Shown here: positions 20,829 through 33,968 of the stretch, in pieces
How positions within the stretch are numbered: position 1 is the stretch's first letter
Layout: every line of letters begins with the position of its first letter
Source: Macrostomum lignano
Lineage: Eukaryota
Direction of reading: 5' to 3'
DNA: 64,000 bases
Assembly: GCA_002269645.1 (NCBI GenBank)
Contig: NIVC01001651.1
Location: forward strand, 191,228 to 255,227
Program-made: the position numbers and the translations under genes
Notes under the pieces: generated by a model
The model's database searches: none
What the model was told of the DNA's origin: nothing
The model's input: only the letters and a program-made list of their open reading frames with translations

Positions 20829-23800
20829 TTAGTGTTTTGCGCTTAGGAACTTCTGCGGACACATGAGCCTTTGGTGTTTCTTCCACGGCTGCACAGTCAG
20901 TGGAAAGGGCCTGGCGGTGTGGCTGTCGAGGCGTGAGTAAATTGACGACGACGGATCTCCCAGATCTTTCAGCGAATACTGACAGCCACTAGATTCACGC
21001 AGCTCACTCATCTCCTTACATAGTACATCTGCCTTGCGAGTGAGCAGTCGAGCCTGGTGCGACCCTGGATGTGATAGAATAGGGTAATTAAGTTTTTAAA
21101 AGTTAAAGTTTTAAGCGAAAAAGTTTTTTATACAAGGCAATTAAAATACACACCAACTAAGAAGAGCGAATAAGAAGGCAATGCCGACTGTACCTCTCGT
21201 GAAATCAAATTTTAATATTTATGCGACATACCTATGCAGCGGTTCAATTCGCTTAACGTCCGCCGCTTCTCAACTGCAAGTCGACGCATTTTTGAAGCCA
21301 ATCGCCAGTACGCAGAAGCGCCGCACGAGCGTCTTCGCGGAGCCATTGCTGACCTAGATGCACCAATTGCTCAGTGGTGAAACCTAAAGTTTTTAATAAC
21401 ATAATAATTGGAACCTAGATAATTTTACATATTTGTAAAATATCATATCCAGTACGTGAATATTGCCGAATATTGCAATTTTTAACTAACCCGACTGTGA
21501 AACGATTCCCTGAATTTCACGGACGTGCTGATCGATTAGCTTCTCTTTTTTCGAAATTAGTTTTTCCCTGGATTTCAGCCATGAATCTGAAAAGGAAAGG
21601 CAAGAACCAGTAAAATACAAAAGGCAACTTTTCAACAACGCCAGTAATGAATGGGTTTTCAGTTTCACAGTGATTTCGCAGGGAGCCAATTAAGTCATGT
21701 CCAATCACACCACCAACAGACAATTATCTCAACAAAAAATTGGACTATTATCTCAGCAAATAATTATATAAGTTAACATTTTCAGCTATTATATAGTGCA
21801 CATGAGATGTGACCTATTAAATAGAATGCTAACCAGGATCCAGACGCAGGTGGTACATTCCGATGATATGCGCGATAAGCCTGGTGCGCCTATCAATGCG
21901 CATCTCCTTCAGGATGCGCCCGTATGGGCGCAAGAGCGAGAAAATGCGTTCGCAGATTTCTCCGTCAGTGATACCGGTACCAGGCGTAACGCGGATAGAG
22001 TTGTTAAGCTGGATCAAATAAATTTTAAGAAAATCGGTCTCAGGCTACTAGTCTTACTTAAGTGAACCAGCTGCAGCAACACAATAAATTTCTAATTCCT
22101 TTGAATTTAAAACTTCAAAAATACTTAAAACACGCACCGCTCTCCAGGAGTGCGCACGTCAGAGCAAGCCCAAATAAATCCGTGACGACATGCAATAATA
22201 AAAAAGCCTTTGACGTCCAGCTTGGAGGATGTGCGACAGACATAAGATGTTTCTCCTGCAGTCCAATTCGGGCAGGCGCCATGAGCAGGCGCAATGACTT
22301 GACCAGAAAGGTCAACACGCGCAAACGGGAACGGAATTTCTCCGTCTAGGGGCTCATCGCTAACGTCAGCACCTGCAGCAGATCTACGCCTCCATCCCAT
22401 AAGAGCGTCGCCGTGCAAGATAGGTCCCTGTCGAAAACAAGTTTATGGCGTGAATTTGTACTACATTCATCTTCCTTACCCGCTACATGTGTTTTCGTCT
22501 TGTCTTACCACTTCACTAGATCGGCAAAGCGTACACTCGGAAGGAAATCTTGCGACTTGAGCTAAAAAAGCTCTATACAAGCCGATGGTGTTGTTGCGCA
22601 GAAGATCGCTGTACAAATCTCGCTGCGGTGTGTAGTTTAAGAGAAGTGTTATAAGGATTAAAAGAGTATAAGACCAGAAAATATAGACAACTTAAAAGAA
22701 AGACTAGTGTTTTATGTCTTGCGTCAATAACTGCCCTATTTACACCTTATTTTCTTGTCTCGCAGTCAGCTTTAATAAATGATGGATGAAGGAAAAATAA
22801 GAAACTCACCCCCGAGGCGCTGCCCAAAACAAATTCTTCTATCTCCAACGACGGCACAAGCCTTTGACAGCGATGTGATTCCATTGACCATGATGGAATC
22901 CAACGTATTTAATAGTTCGAACGACACGAAGGTCAAGGTGCTGTCGGAAGTTGGAAAATAGTTTAGGGCAACCATGAATTCTGAGCAATGCTGAGTATCG
23001 CATGCGTCGATCACAGTCGAATGGTAACCTGCAAAAGGAGAAGCAGAAGAAAACAACCATCTACGTACATCACTAAGTTTTTTATGTTCAATAATCAGCC
23101 CACGTGCTTATGAGCAGAGCGTATAAAATGATACAAATAATCTGAATCCATAAAAAAAACATATCTCAAATGAGCACCCCAGCGCTAAAATTATGTTACC
23201 CATATTTAATAAGGAAATCTAATTATTAACAGCCTAGGAATAGAGACAGAATGAATATATCGTGTAACAACGAACGAGACTTTCCTCCATAAGCATCCAA
23301 AAGTTGCACTTTTAAGGATGAGCCTGGAAAGCAGCCACACTTAAACTTGGGAGGCAGGTCGAGAAGCTCACCATTCTAAAAAGCAGAGTTAGGATTGGAT
23401 GAGTAGAGATAGTGATTTGTGGGCGTGGATTGAAGGGATTGGGGAATATATAGGAATAGAAGGAATAAATAAGGGTGGATGGAAGTAATTCAGAGATTAG
23501 TCACAACGTCTTTAACACATTTAACTGACATTTAATTTGGACAGTAAAAACATAAAAAACGCCGCACATGCATTACCTGGAACATAGAATGCACGAGACC
23601 TTTATGGCGACTAGCGGCACATTTTGTGCAGAAGAAGGCTGCACATTGTGGGCAGTATATCGAGCCTAGGCTCGTACACTCAGCGCAAGTACCGATCTCG
23701 ACAGCCCTTAAGAAGGCTGCGAGAATTCCTGGCCTGGTACTAGCCCTGACATCTTCCCAGTCAGAAGGCTCTCCGTTAGCGTGGCTGCTATCTGCCAATG

Positions 23801-23915
23801 GAACGGGCTCATCTTGGACAATGCTGTCCAGTACCTGAGTAGCAGTCAGAGTCTTTTTCAGCTCTTGATTCTTCCTAATGCCAGCCAAGAGTGCTGTGCG
23901 ACCATTTATTCGCAC
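20829..23915 (-). CDS. Multi-exon CxC + KDZ transposase gene, probably defective
   Basis: Zn cluster CAECTSLGSIYCPQCAAFFCTKCAASRH; LNYFPTSDSTLTFVSFELL; ILHGDAL; KLDVKGFFIIACRHGFIWACSDVRTPGER; PGTGITDGEICERIFSLL...KEMRIDRR. These match KDZ motifs. The intervening YDxxC motif was not found. Confidence 0.8.
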
Positions 23916-24169
23916 TCGTAATTATTTCTTTGAGCGGCTCTGAAAGGAGTATATAGAAACATTGCAGAAAAAATATATGCTAATTTATGCCCTAGTCTTT
24001 TAACCTTACGTAACCCAACACTATTGTCTATTAATAACTGACAGCCAACACATTCCGCATCTTTCTGCTCTCCAAGACTTCAACGAATACTCCCTCAGGA
24101 TATATAATAGCTACTTAAAATATATACTAATGCAAAATATTATTAGCAATTAGCTATTCAGGAGACAGG

Positions 24170-26792
24170 GTAGAACAGGGTAGAATGGAAGGGTAGAATA
24201 GGAGGAAATGGAAGGGTAGAACGGGAGGGAATGGAGGGGGTAGAATGTGAGGGAATGGAAGGGTAGAATGGGAGGGAATGGAGGGGGTAGAATGTGAGGG
24301 AATGGAAGGGTAGAATGGGGGGGAATGGAGGGGGTAGAATGTGAGGGAATGGAAGGGTAGAATGGGAGGGAATGGAGGGGGTAGAATGTGAGGGAATGGA
24401 AGGGTAGAATGGGAGGGAATGGAGGGGGTAGAATAGGAGGGAATGGAAGGGTAGAACGGGAGGGAATGGAAGGGTAGAACGGGAGGGAATGGAGGGGGTA
24501 GAATGTGAGGGAATGGAAGGGTAGAATGGGAGGGAATGGAAGGGTAGAATGGGAGGGAATGGAGGGGGTAGAATGTGAGGGAATGGAAGGGTAGAATGGG
24601 AGGGAATGGAGGGGGTAGAATGTGAGGGAATGGAGGGGTAGAATGGGAAGGAATAGAAGGGTAGAATGGGAAGGAATGGAAGGGTAGAATGGGAAGGAAT
24701 GGAGGGGGTAGAATGTGAGGGAATGGAAGGGTAGAATGGGAGGGAATGGAGGGGGTAGAATGTGAGGGAATGGAGGGGTAGAATGGGAAGGAATAGAAGG
24801 GTAGAATGGGAGGGAATGGAGGGGGTAGAATGTGAGGGAATGGAAGGGTAGAATGGGAGGGAATGGAGGGGGTAGAATGTGAGGGAATGGAGGGGTAGAA
24901 TGGGAAGGAATAGAAGGGTAGAATGGGAAGGAATGGAAGGGTAGAATGGGAGGGAATGGAGGGGGTTGAATGTGAGGGAATGGAAGTGTAGAACGGGAGG
25001 GAATGGTGGGGGTAGAATGGGAGGGAATGGAGGAGTAGAATGGGAAGGAATGGAAGGGTAGAACGGGAGGGAAAGGTGGGGTAGAATGGGAGACACAGAA
25101 AAACTGCTTACTAGAACAAATATAATATTAAAGTACACCTTGCAACATTTTTGTTAGCATTAGCTAGATAGAGGCACCTGGAAAAGAGTTGGCAATATCC
25201 AACTAGGCCTATAACTTATTGAACTTAAGGAAGTTAAATAGTTCCATATTTTCTAGCTCTATAGTTTTGCCTTTTTGAAAGGTGCTTGAAATGCTGAATT
25301 CAATTTTCCAGTTTGAAATCCATTTCCAGATTTTGAATTGCCTTGGGTTTATAGCTTAAAACCCAAGGGTGAAAAGATTGAGGGGCAGGATGGCGGAAAT
25401 TGGGGGATGGGCAGGATAGGAGGGAATTGGGGGATGGGCAGGATAGGGGGGAATTGGGGGGTGGGCAGGATAGGAGGGAATTGGGGGTGGGCAGGATAGG
25501 AGGGAATTGGGGGGTGGGCAGGATAGGAGGGAATTGGGGGTGGGCAGGATAGGAGGGAATTGGGGGTGGGCAGGATAGGAGGGAATTGGGGGGTGGGCAG
25601 GATAGGAGGGAATTGGGGAGGGGCAAAGATGGGAGATAATTGAGAAGCATGATATAAAGGAATTAAGAGAGGGAAAAAGTAAAAATATAATGATTGAGAG
25701 AACAGACATAGGTAGAGGATAGGCAGACTAGAGTAGATAGGCCTAGGCTAAATGCAATCTCTATCTATAAAAATCAAAACTCTGTCTTATAAGTATATAA
25801 TTCATATGACAATAAATATAAAGTAAATACACAACTGAACTAATATTAATTAATTTATTCATTAGGAAGGTTATTGGCTTCTTTTTCTTTTTCTATAGCT
25901 AGGCCTATACATTTCATAATATTGGCCTACAACAATTATTAGATTGTTAGACAAGAAGCATAAAATATAATAGGGTCTAAAATAGCTAGCCTATTTTAGA
26001 CCATATACATTTTATAGACTAATAATTTAGTAGGCCTACTCTTAATAGCTATAGGCCTATTACTAAAATAAAATAACATAGCTAGCTACCTATCATAGGC
26101 CTAAAATTGACAAGGCCTTTTGTGTTTCTTTTCATGGTACAAGTATAGAGTGATATTAAAATAAAGAATACAACTAAGAGCTAAAAAATTATACTAAATA
26201 CCTGGCAATAAAGAAGAAAAACAAAGTAGATTAAAGCACAATGCAGTACAAAATGGCCCACATATTGATAAGAAGGCCAATATAAGGCCAATAACTGGGT
26301 GAGCCAAGGCCACCTAGCTAGCTAGCCATCAAGCTTTTTCTTTTTTTTAAGCCCAATTAAAATATATATCTGCCTGCAACAGGACCATTTCATCCTTATT
26401 GTCAAGAGGTCCAAGTAGCTAGTTTATTTTACAATCATTAACCTCCTAATTAAATTTCATTCAGTCATGTCATACATGGCTTTTTGTGCAAGCTAGGGCG
26501 ACACATTTCCAAAGTTTTCGACTCTATAGACACAAACTGCTTTATTAGTCTAGGTCTTGAATTCATACATACTAACACAATGCCCTATACTAATTAAATA
26601 TGTCGAGCCATTATAATATTGGTTGTGCGTAGGCTTTTGAATTGCGCGCCATAACTGCCCAATACAAGTATATACAGTCCGCTTTTAATCAGAAGGAAAG
26701 CATGTTATGCTGGCAGTCGACATGCCATCTACCCTATCTAATCGTAGAAAACGTTTACCTTTTCTACCGATTAAATCCATGCTGGTCGGGTG
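24170..26792 (-). repeat. Right TIR of the KDZ element with an expanded purine-rich minisatellite (about 24170-25085)
   Basis: Reverse complement of 15925-17830. The inner GGAATGGAAGGGTAGAATGGGA array is several-fold longer than its left counterpart. Confidence 0.9.
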
Positions 26793-27784
26793 GTCATACC
26801 CCACCCCAATCATAGCCAATAGGAAATGAGGAAATATATAGACCTACTCCTATCCAAGCAGCCATTCAGAGCTGTGGCCATCTTGGTGTGTGGCCATCTT
26901 GGTCATGCGCCGCCAACTAGACCTACTAACCAAGTATTTTTTACTCTATAATTTGGTTTTCATTTACTCTATAAACAAAGTCTAAATTAAGAATTTTTAT
27001 GCTAGATATATGACCCTTACTAAATGAGTTAGTCTAAAAATGAAAGTCCTTAGCCTATATCTATAGGTCTAGTCTAGCCCTTCTATCCATTGTTATTTAT
27101 CCACAGTTACATTAACAAAATAGGCCTAGCCTAGCTGTCTTGTCTTCTATATATGGGGCCTACTTTAAACAATAGTTTATAGTTTTAAAAAAACTTTTTT
27201 AGGCTTAGCTACTTACTACAATTGTTTGCACTATAAAAATTTAAATTTGTTTAAACTTTTACTCCAATAAAAAAGTTAGTCCTTAAAAATAAAAACTATG
27301 TTTTATAGCATTTCATAGACATGACATAACTTTGGAATTCTTCTTTGTAGAGATCAACTTTATAAAGATCTTTTACTTTGTGGAATACCAACTTAAATTT
27401 TAGACTTTTGGTAATTTGGTATTTGCTACTTTGGCATTTAATTGTTTTAGTTGACCTAAGATTTTATTATATATCTAAACAAGCTATTAAAACCCATATT
27501 TTGAACCCAAAGAATTCTAATCCTTAGAACTTTTGCATATTTGAATTTTTGTTTGTTTTTTAAAATTCCAAAGTCATTCTCAATATTTGAACAAAAACTT
27601 TTTAATATACTCATAGTTAGGATAAAGTAAACAAAAAGGAATTTATGTAAAATTAGAATGAGGCAAACATTAATCTTGAACTGGCTAGGATTCTGCATAG
27701 AATATCAGGCAATGTAGCTATTTGACTCGAAACATGTACATTGGCAAAGTCTAACCTCTGCCTCTAATTCTTCTTACATTGCGT

Positions 27785-28915
27785 TGGATCCTTTAAAATT
27801 CTCTCTTTTCTTCTATTTCCTCTCTTTTCTCTTGTTTCTCCTCTCATCCTTTCTCTTTTTTCTTTTCTCCTCTCTCTTTCCCCTCTTCTCATATTTTCTC
27901 TTATCTCTTTTTAATTTCTTTGATCTGATATCTTCTCTCTTCTTTTCTCTCTTCTTTCCTCTCTCCTCTCTCCTCTCATCTCTTCCTTTTCTCTATTCTT
28001 TTTTCTCCTCTCTTCTCTCTTGTCTGCTCTATAATTTCTCATTTCTCTTCTTTTATTGCTTTTGATTTCTCTCTGCTTTCTTTCTACTCTCTTCTCTGTC
28101 CCTCTTCTCACTCCTCACTCTCCCCTCTCTCAACAATTCCATCTCTCTACTCTCTGCTCTCTTGTCTCGATCCTCTTTCCCTTTTACTCTTTCCTGTCTC
28201 ATTTCTTCTCTTATATCTAATCTGTTCTCTTATTTTCTTTGTTTTTTTATCTTTTCTCTTTTCTCAACTTTCTCCTTAACTCTCTTTAGCTCTTTGCTCT
28301 CTGCTCTCACATATTTCTCTTCTTTCTCCTTTTTCGTCTCTATAACCTCTTCTTTAGCTCTTCTCTCCCATCTGTCGTCTTTTCACTCTTGTCTCTGCCC
28401 TCTCATCTCCCCCCTCTCTTCTGTCATCTTTACTCTCTTAAATGGTCTCAACTCTCTCTGTTCTCTTTTCTTTCCCCTCTTTTGACTCTTCTCTTTCCTT
28501 TCTCTTCTTCTTTACCATCTATACTTTCCCTCTCTTCTCTCCTCTCTTCTCTCTCCACTCTCCTCTTCCTTCATCTCTCATCTCTCTGTTCATCTCTCTC
28601 ATCTCTAAAACCTTCTCTCTTCTCTCTTCCCTTTACTCTCTTAATCTCTCCTTTCTCCTCTTTAATCTCTTCTCTCTGCTCTCTTGTCTTTCCTTTCTTC
28701 TCTTTTCTCTCTAATTTACCCTTACTCCTTTCTCATCTCCTCTCTGCTATCCAGTCTCTACTCTCTTCTCTCTCCCTCTCTCTCTCTCTCTCCCTCTCTC
28801 TCTCTTTACCCTCTCTTTCCTCATCCCTCGTCTTTCCTCTTTTCTCTTATCCCTCTCATCTCTCCGGCTCTCCTCTCTATTTTAATCGTCTATTCCTTCT
28901 CCTTTTTATCCTTTG
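27785..28915. repeat. CT-rich low-complexity tract
   Basis: Pyrimidine-rich strand; the ORFs here are spurious F/L/S-rich translations. Confidence 0.9.
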
Positions 28916-29184
28916 ATCCCAGTGGTACAACAGATTTAATTTTAACTGGGCCGTTTTCCCCTTAGAAGCCAAATATAATTAACATACTTTTTTACCATCA
29001 TAGGCTCCACTCTGCCCATGTTGTTGCCATGTTTACACAGCAAATTCCAACAAATCATTGCAGCATTTTATTACTAGCTATCTGCCAGCGTGATGAGCTC
29101 CCAGTCTGAAATTGGTGCTGGCGAAGTAGGTAAGCTTTGAAACTAGACTTTTGTTGATTTCAATTTGATGATTTTTGTTGCTTT

Positions 29185-29450
29185 TAGCCTAGTGGTTAGA
29201 GTGTCGGACTCAAATTTAGGTTGGGTGTTCGATTCTAGAGTCCATTGGTACAATTTGTATCTATTTAGCTCTGAACATTTGACTCAGGTCCAGTGATTTG
29301 ACCAGTTGTAATACATGTATGAGTACCAGCATTAGCTAGATATTGAGGGTGGGAGTGGCGCCTCTCCCTCAGTCATGGACTGAAAAGCCATACGCAGCTT
29401 TGAGATGCGCCGCGCAATAGCTGCAGCTGTGCTGATGGCTACGAGTACAC
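29185..29450 (+). mobile_element. tRNA-derived SINE (degenerate)
   Basis: A-box TAGCCTAGTGGTTAGAGTGTCGG, B-box GTTCGATTC, and a 3' body (ATGGACTGAA...AGATGCGCCG.GCAATAGCTGC.GCTGTGCT) shared with 31500-31560. Confidence 0.6.
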
Positions 29451-29757
29451 AGCTGACCTGATTAGGCCACGTGCATTCAAGAAAATAAATACAGGATTGG
29501 AAAGGTCCGAATGTTGACTACCCTTAGCATTGAGAAAAAAATATCAGTCTAATCCTTGAATCAATACAATCAATACAATAAAAATGGTTAAGGCATTCAA
29601 TCACTAGAGCGGTACAGTACAAACATACCAACAAACTTATCTTGGACGCTTAGTATAGGGTGATGATGATAAACAGTTTAGGCGATGTTGATTATTTCAT
29701 TTGAGTTTCTGACTTAAAACTGTTGTCGCTTTTTAATTATTCGGCTGCATATTTTAG

Positions 29758-29963
29758 TCGGCGACAACACCGAAATTCGCGAACTGCGCACCGAACTGCG
29801 CGAAATGCTCACTGATATGCGCGCCGAAATGCGCGCATCAAGCGCCGAACTGCGCGCCGAAATGCGCGCGTCCAGCGCCGAACTGCGCGAAATGCTCACT
29901 GATATGCGCGCCGAAATGCGCGCGTCAAGCGCTGAACTGCGCGCCGAAATTCGCGAACTGCGC
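29758..29963 (+). CDS. Isolated exon encoding a repetitive coiled coil (ELREMLTDMRAEMRASSAELRAEMRASSA)
   Basis: Acceptor TTTTAG at 29752-29757, donor GTGAGT at 29964, open frame with 11-aa periodicity. Parent gene not identified. Confidence 0.5.
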
Positions 29964-30289
29964 GTGAGTATTGCAAACTTTTTAATATTGCGACTGATAA
30001 GTCTTGCTTCGAGGCTGTTTAATGAATTGTTGAATTAGGAATTTGTGGAACATTTAGTTTACAGTTAGCATTATAATTCCAGCTGAAGACTCTGGAAAAA
30101 CCTGTGCGTTGGGATGTGTGCTCACTCTGCCTGATCAGAATTAGGAAAGCTGCCCCTCCTTTACAATATTCAATAGAGGAGTATTTAGTACTGGGCCTCC
30201 CTTGCAAATCGTGGTGATTCAATCGTCTCCAAATTGACATATTTTCCACTTATTTTCCACTTAATCCACTTATAGGGAAGTAGGCTTAA

Positions 30290-30830
30290 TGGCGAAAATG
30301 AACAGCGAAGTGATGAAATACTGTAACGACGCAAGCATTTCAAAGGCAATACGAGCGTATGGGATATAGGACAAACTTTGTGCCAGAATATGAGAGACAC
30401 TGGAGACAGAAAGTGGAAAACTCTAAGAAACTGAAACATTTGTACTACAGCTTTAAAAGATATCACTCACCAGAAAGATTCCTTGCGGAAATCACGGACT
30501 CCGAGCTTCGAAAAACCTTGTCAATCTTCAGACTGGGAAGCCACAAACTAGCTTGCGAGACATTAAGAGCTGCAAGACCTAAAGTCTCATTTGAAGACAG
30601 GATTTGCTCTAAGTGCAGAACTGAAGTAGAAAACGACACTCTTTCTTTTTAAATGCAGCTTGGCAATTTTATATTCCCATTCGAAATAGTTTCATTAGAG
30701 AAATCTCAAATATGGTCTTTCACCCGAGGACAAAGCACTGCCTAATGGTGCAAGACAATGGAGAGATAACAGAAACACTCGCAAAGTATATCATAGAAAT
30801 GTCACAAAGCTATTCATATCGCTCCTACTC
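30290..30830 (+). mobile_element. 3' remnant of a non-LTR retrotransposon ORF2 (C-terminal Cys-rich domain)
   Basis: LRKTLSIFRLGSHKLACET...RICSKCRTEVEND matches the conserved R..LS.FRL.SH.L..ETGR...R.C..C...EDE.H motif of LINE C-termini. Confidence 0.7.
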
Positions 30831-31329
30831 CACTGCCCACAGGTAGCAATCGAAAGCCTGAAAGGCCCGTTATTGGCGGTGAGTTTCATTGCTGCTGATT
30901 GGGACAATGGGACAATGCGGTGCCTTTCAAAATGTTTCACGTTTTCAGTAATTAATCACCTCACCTGGTGTCATTGCACCAGTAAATTTAGTCAGCCAAA
31001 TGCAACTTGTGACGGAGATTCTGTCCCGGGTGTTGCTTTTCAGGATTCTACTCCGTCGAGCTCTCCGGTTAGTCTTGCAGCTATGGTAGAATGTTTTAGG
31101 CGCGAATGTTTTTGGTGCTAGCATTGTCTGCGATATTTTACTGCCTTTCGCTGAATAACCAGCGATTTTAAGTTTTCACTGTTCTAAGACAAGTATTTTA
31201 AAAATATCTTTTAAATTCCATGCCCTCGCAAATCGGGCTGTTTTTACTGCTAAATAAAGTCTAATGTCATTGGATATCCGTAATTTCATGCGGCATCACA
31301 CTTGCAAGCCGCGTAAACCGCTTAAATAG

Positions 31330-31565
31330 TCTACAGGACTCACGACTTGAAGGTCGGGGGTTCGATTCCTGACTCTTGTTTCAATTTGTGTCCTTTAGCA
31401 AGACACTTAACTCTGCATTCCTTCAGTTCACCCAGCTGTTAAATGGGTGCCAGCGTCAGCTGATGTAATTGACGTTGGGCCTGGCGTCGCTCCAGTCTGT
31501 GGACTGAACAGCCGTAAGCAGTCTTCAGATGCGCCGGGCAATAGCTGCGGCTGTGCTATCGGCTG
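31330..31565 (+). mobile_element. tRNA-derived SINE with conserved central core
   Basis: B-box GGTTCGATTCC, then GTGTCCTTTAGCAAGACACTTAACT...CACCCAGCTGTTAAATGGG, a core motif common in animal SINEs. Confidence 0.65.
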
Positions 31566-32254
31566 CACTTCTGGCCTGATTGAGGCAGATGAAATAAATA
31601 GTTTCTTATTAGACCAAATAAATAACTTTTGCTTGAGTCCAAGTCCAATACAGCTAGCCACCCACAGCTTAGTTTTGATTGTCAACTTCTATGTAGGACT
31701 TGTATGTATAGCATTCTTGGCTATCCGGAATTCCTTGGAACAAAACTGAGTAAAGTTACCACTTGGCAAACACGGTGTGTTCTCGAGCAAGACTTGTCTT
31801 TGATCAATTTACGATAAACAAAACAAGTACGAGTAGGAAATCAAATTCAATTCAAATTGGTGCCACTTCAACCACGAGTCGCGGCAGTTCTGGAACGGGT
31901 ATCTGAGGTAGAAAGCGGAGCTAAAGGAAACCCCTAAGTGCTGAAACACTTTTGAAGTCAACGGAAATGTCTCTCAGCTAATCAATTTCTGGCTCCAAAA
32001 AGCGAGATTTTCTCTCGTTGTTAAAAAACGAAAAAGAAACTTCTCAGGTCATGGTGACGGCTCCTTTGCTGTTTTCGTCAACACTTCTAGTCAAATTGAC
32101 ACCCTAATAATAATTATAATTCATGATTTACACCTGCCCAATTCGGGTCAGACGTGCAGCCAACAGCACAGTCGCCGCTAATGTGTGGCGCATCTAAAGA
32201 CTGCGTACAGTACGGCCGTTTAGTCCGTTGACTGACTGTAAGGGACGCGACACC

Positions 32255-32367
32255 CCTAACCAGCACAACTGGGTGAACTAAAGCAACTCAAATTGTAGCA
32301 GCAGAGGCTAGAGTCGAACCCCAGAACTCAAGTCGTGAGTCCGTGACACTCTAACCACCAGGCTACA
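32255..32367 (-). mobile_element. SINE of the same family, minus strand, partial
   Basis: Reverse complement reads TGTAGCCTGGTGGTTAGAGTGTCACGGACTCACGACTTGAG...GGTTCGACTC...TTCACCCAGTTG. Confidence 0.6.
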
Positions 32368-33324
32368 GCCCTCTGTCTAAAATTATGAGCAGATGTAAAT
32401 TTATAAATTAAAATAATCTGTTCGTATTAGTCATAAATCGATAAATTGCGGCTAGAAAGTCACGGCTTGAGTTTGCAAGTTAGTAAAAGCAATAGAAATG
32501 CTGCCATTCGGTAAGACAGTATTAAATGCAGTGAAAGTTGATCTGTACCAAAGGGTGATAAGAATGTCTATCCAATGACAGATTTTAATTGGCTGTTCGT
32601 TTGTTCTCCGCTCCAATGGCGTTTCCAAATCTACTTCATGCAACTTTGCCCTTTTGCGATGACAGGCGGTCCGTGCTCGACGCCACCGCCGCCGCCTCCG
32701 CCGCCAACAAAAATCTGCCCCCGCCGCCTAATTGGTATGCCAGGCGAGACTGGGCACAATACGTCCCAGAAGTTTTTACGCACTTAAAACATAGAGCCGC
32801 TGCTTTCTTGAAATCAATGTTTCATGACCAAATTTAGCCTGAAAGGAGTTGACATGAGAATTTAGCGCTCTGCCTCTGACATCACTTATCCCAACTCCCC
32901 AACCAGCCTTCAGAAGCCGCCGTCGTTGAAGGCAGTGGCAGCTCTGCCGAAGGCGTTGAAGAGCTGCCCGCGATGTATAGTGACTGAAATTCGGTAATTG
33001 ACAAGTACTAACAAATTTAAGCAGTTTATTTGCTTTTTACCTTGACCATGCATCATATGTATGCGGTTATAGTTGCTCATTACCGTGCCTCCTCTGCCTA
33101 TTCCTGCCTTCAGCACCGCCTCCTCTGTCCTGTCCTGCTGCCTCCAGCCCCAACCCTTCCTTCTCGTTGTCCTATCTAAGCATAAAATATAGATAAAAGT
33201 AAATGCAGATTAAAGTGCTCGAAATTCATTTTGCCTATCGGTGACCTTTCCATAGCTTCCGTAGAGTGTCCATAGCTAATAGGCAGACCAACTGTTGCTT
33301 TATTTTGTAGGCAAAAATTAATGT

Positions 33325-33968
33325 CACTTTTGTCAGCTCAATCTTTCCCTGTCTCCAAGTGTTTCACATGCTCCTTTGCACTTTTGGCAACTCAATCTTT
33401 CCCTGTCTCCAAGTGTTTCACATGCTACTTTGCACTTTTGGCAACTCAATCTTCCCGTCTCCAAGTGTTTCACATGCTACTTTTCACTTTTGTCAGCTCA
33501 ATCTTTCCGTCTCCAAGTGTTTCACATGCTACTTTTCACTTTTGGCAACTCAATCTTTCTCTGTCTCCAAGTGTTTCACATGCTACTTCGCACTTTTGGC
33601 AACTCAATCTTTCCCTGTCTCCAAGTGTTTCACATGCTACTTCGCACTTTTGGCAACTCAATCTTTCTCTGTCTCCAAGTGTTTCACATGCTACTTCGCA
33701 CTTTTGGCAGCTCAATCTTCCCTTGTCTCCAAGTGTTTCACATGCTACTTTTCACTTTTGGCAACTCAATCTTTGCCTGTCTCCAAGTGTTTCACATGCT
33801 ACTTTTCACTTTTGGCAACTCAATCTTTGCCTGTCTCCAAGTGTTTCACATGCTACTTTGCACTTTTGGCAACTCAATCTTTCTCTGTCTCCAAGTGTTT
33901 CACATGCTACTTTGCACTTTTGGCAACTCAATCTTTCATTGTCTCCAAGTGTTTCACATGTTACTTTG
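33325..33968. repeat. 54-bp tandem repeat, about 12 copies
   Basis: Unit CAATCTTTCCCTGTCTCCAAGTGTTTCACATGCTACTTTTCACTTTTGGCAACT. Confidence 0.9.

Larger units (their letters stand above)
15925..26792. mobile_element. KDZ (Kyakuja/Dileera/Zisupton-type) DNA transposon, about 10.9 kb, with very long TIRs
   Basis: Termini CACCCGACC/GGTCGGGTG, flanked by GTCATAC (15918-15924 and 26793-26799). This becomes 8-bp GTCATACC if one C was lost from the left C-run. Contains a KDZ transposase gene. Confidence 0.85.

Noticed and set aside
21517-21723. GHDLIGSLRNH as the KDZ YDxxC motif
   Set aside because: It lies downstream of the DGE..ER motif (wrong order) and inside a predicted GT-AG intron of the transposase gene.
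29185-29240. tRNA genes (also at 31330 and 32310-32367)
   Set aside because: A and B boxes are present but there is no pairing acceptor stem, and they continue into a shared SINE body.
32589-32837. Upstream exon of the RasGRP-like gene
   Set aside because: Only faint resemblance (DWAQYV...KSMF) to the pre-EF-hand region and no convincing splice or phase support; left uncalled.
33325-33968. CRISPR-like array or repeat protein
   Set aside because: Contiguous 54-bp units with no unique spacers, no cas genes and a eukaryotic context. ORFs are open in several frames only because the unit lacks stops. The same applies to the arrays at 20182, 41885 and 43375.
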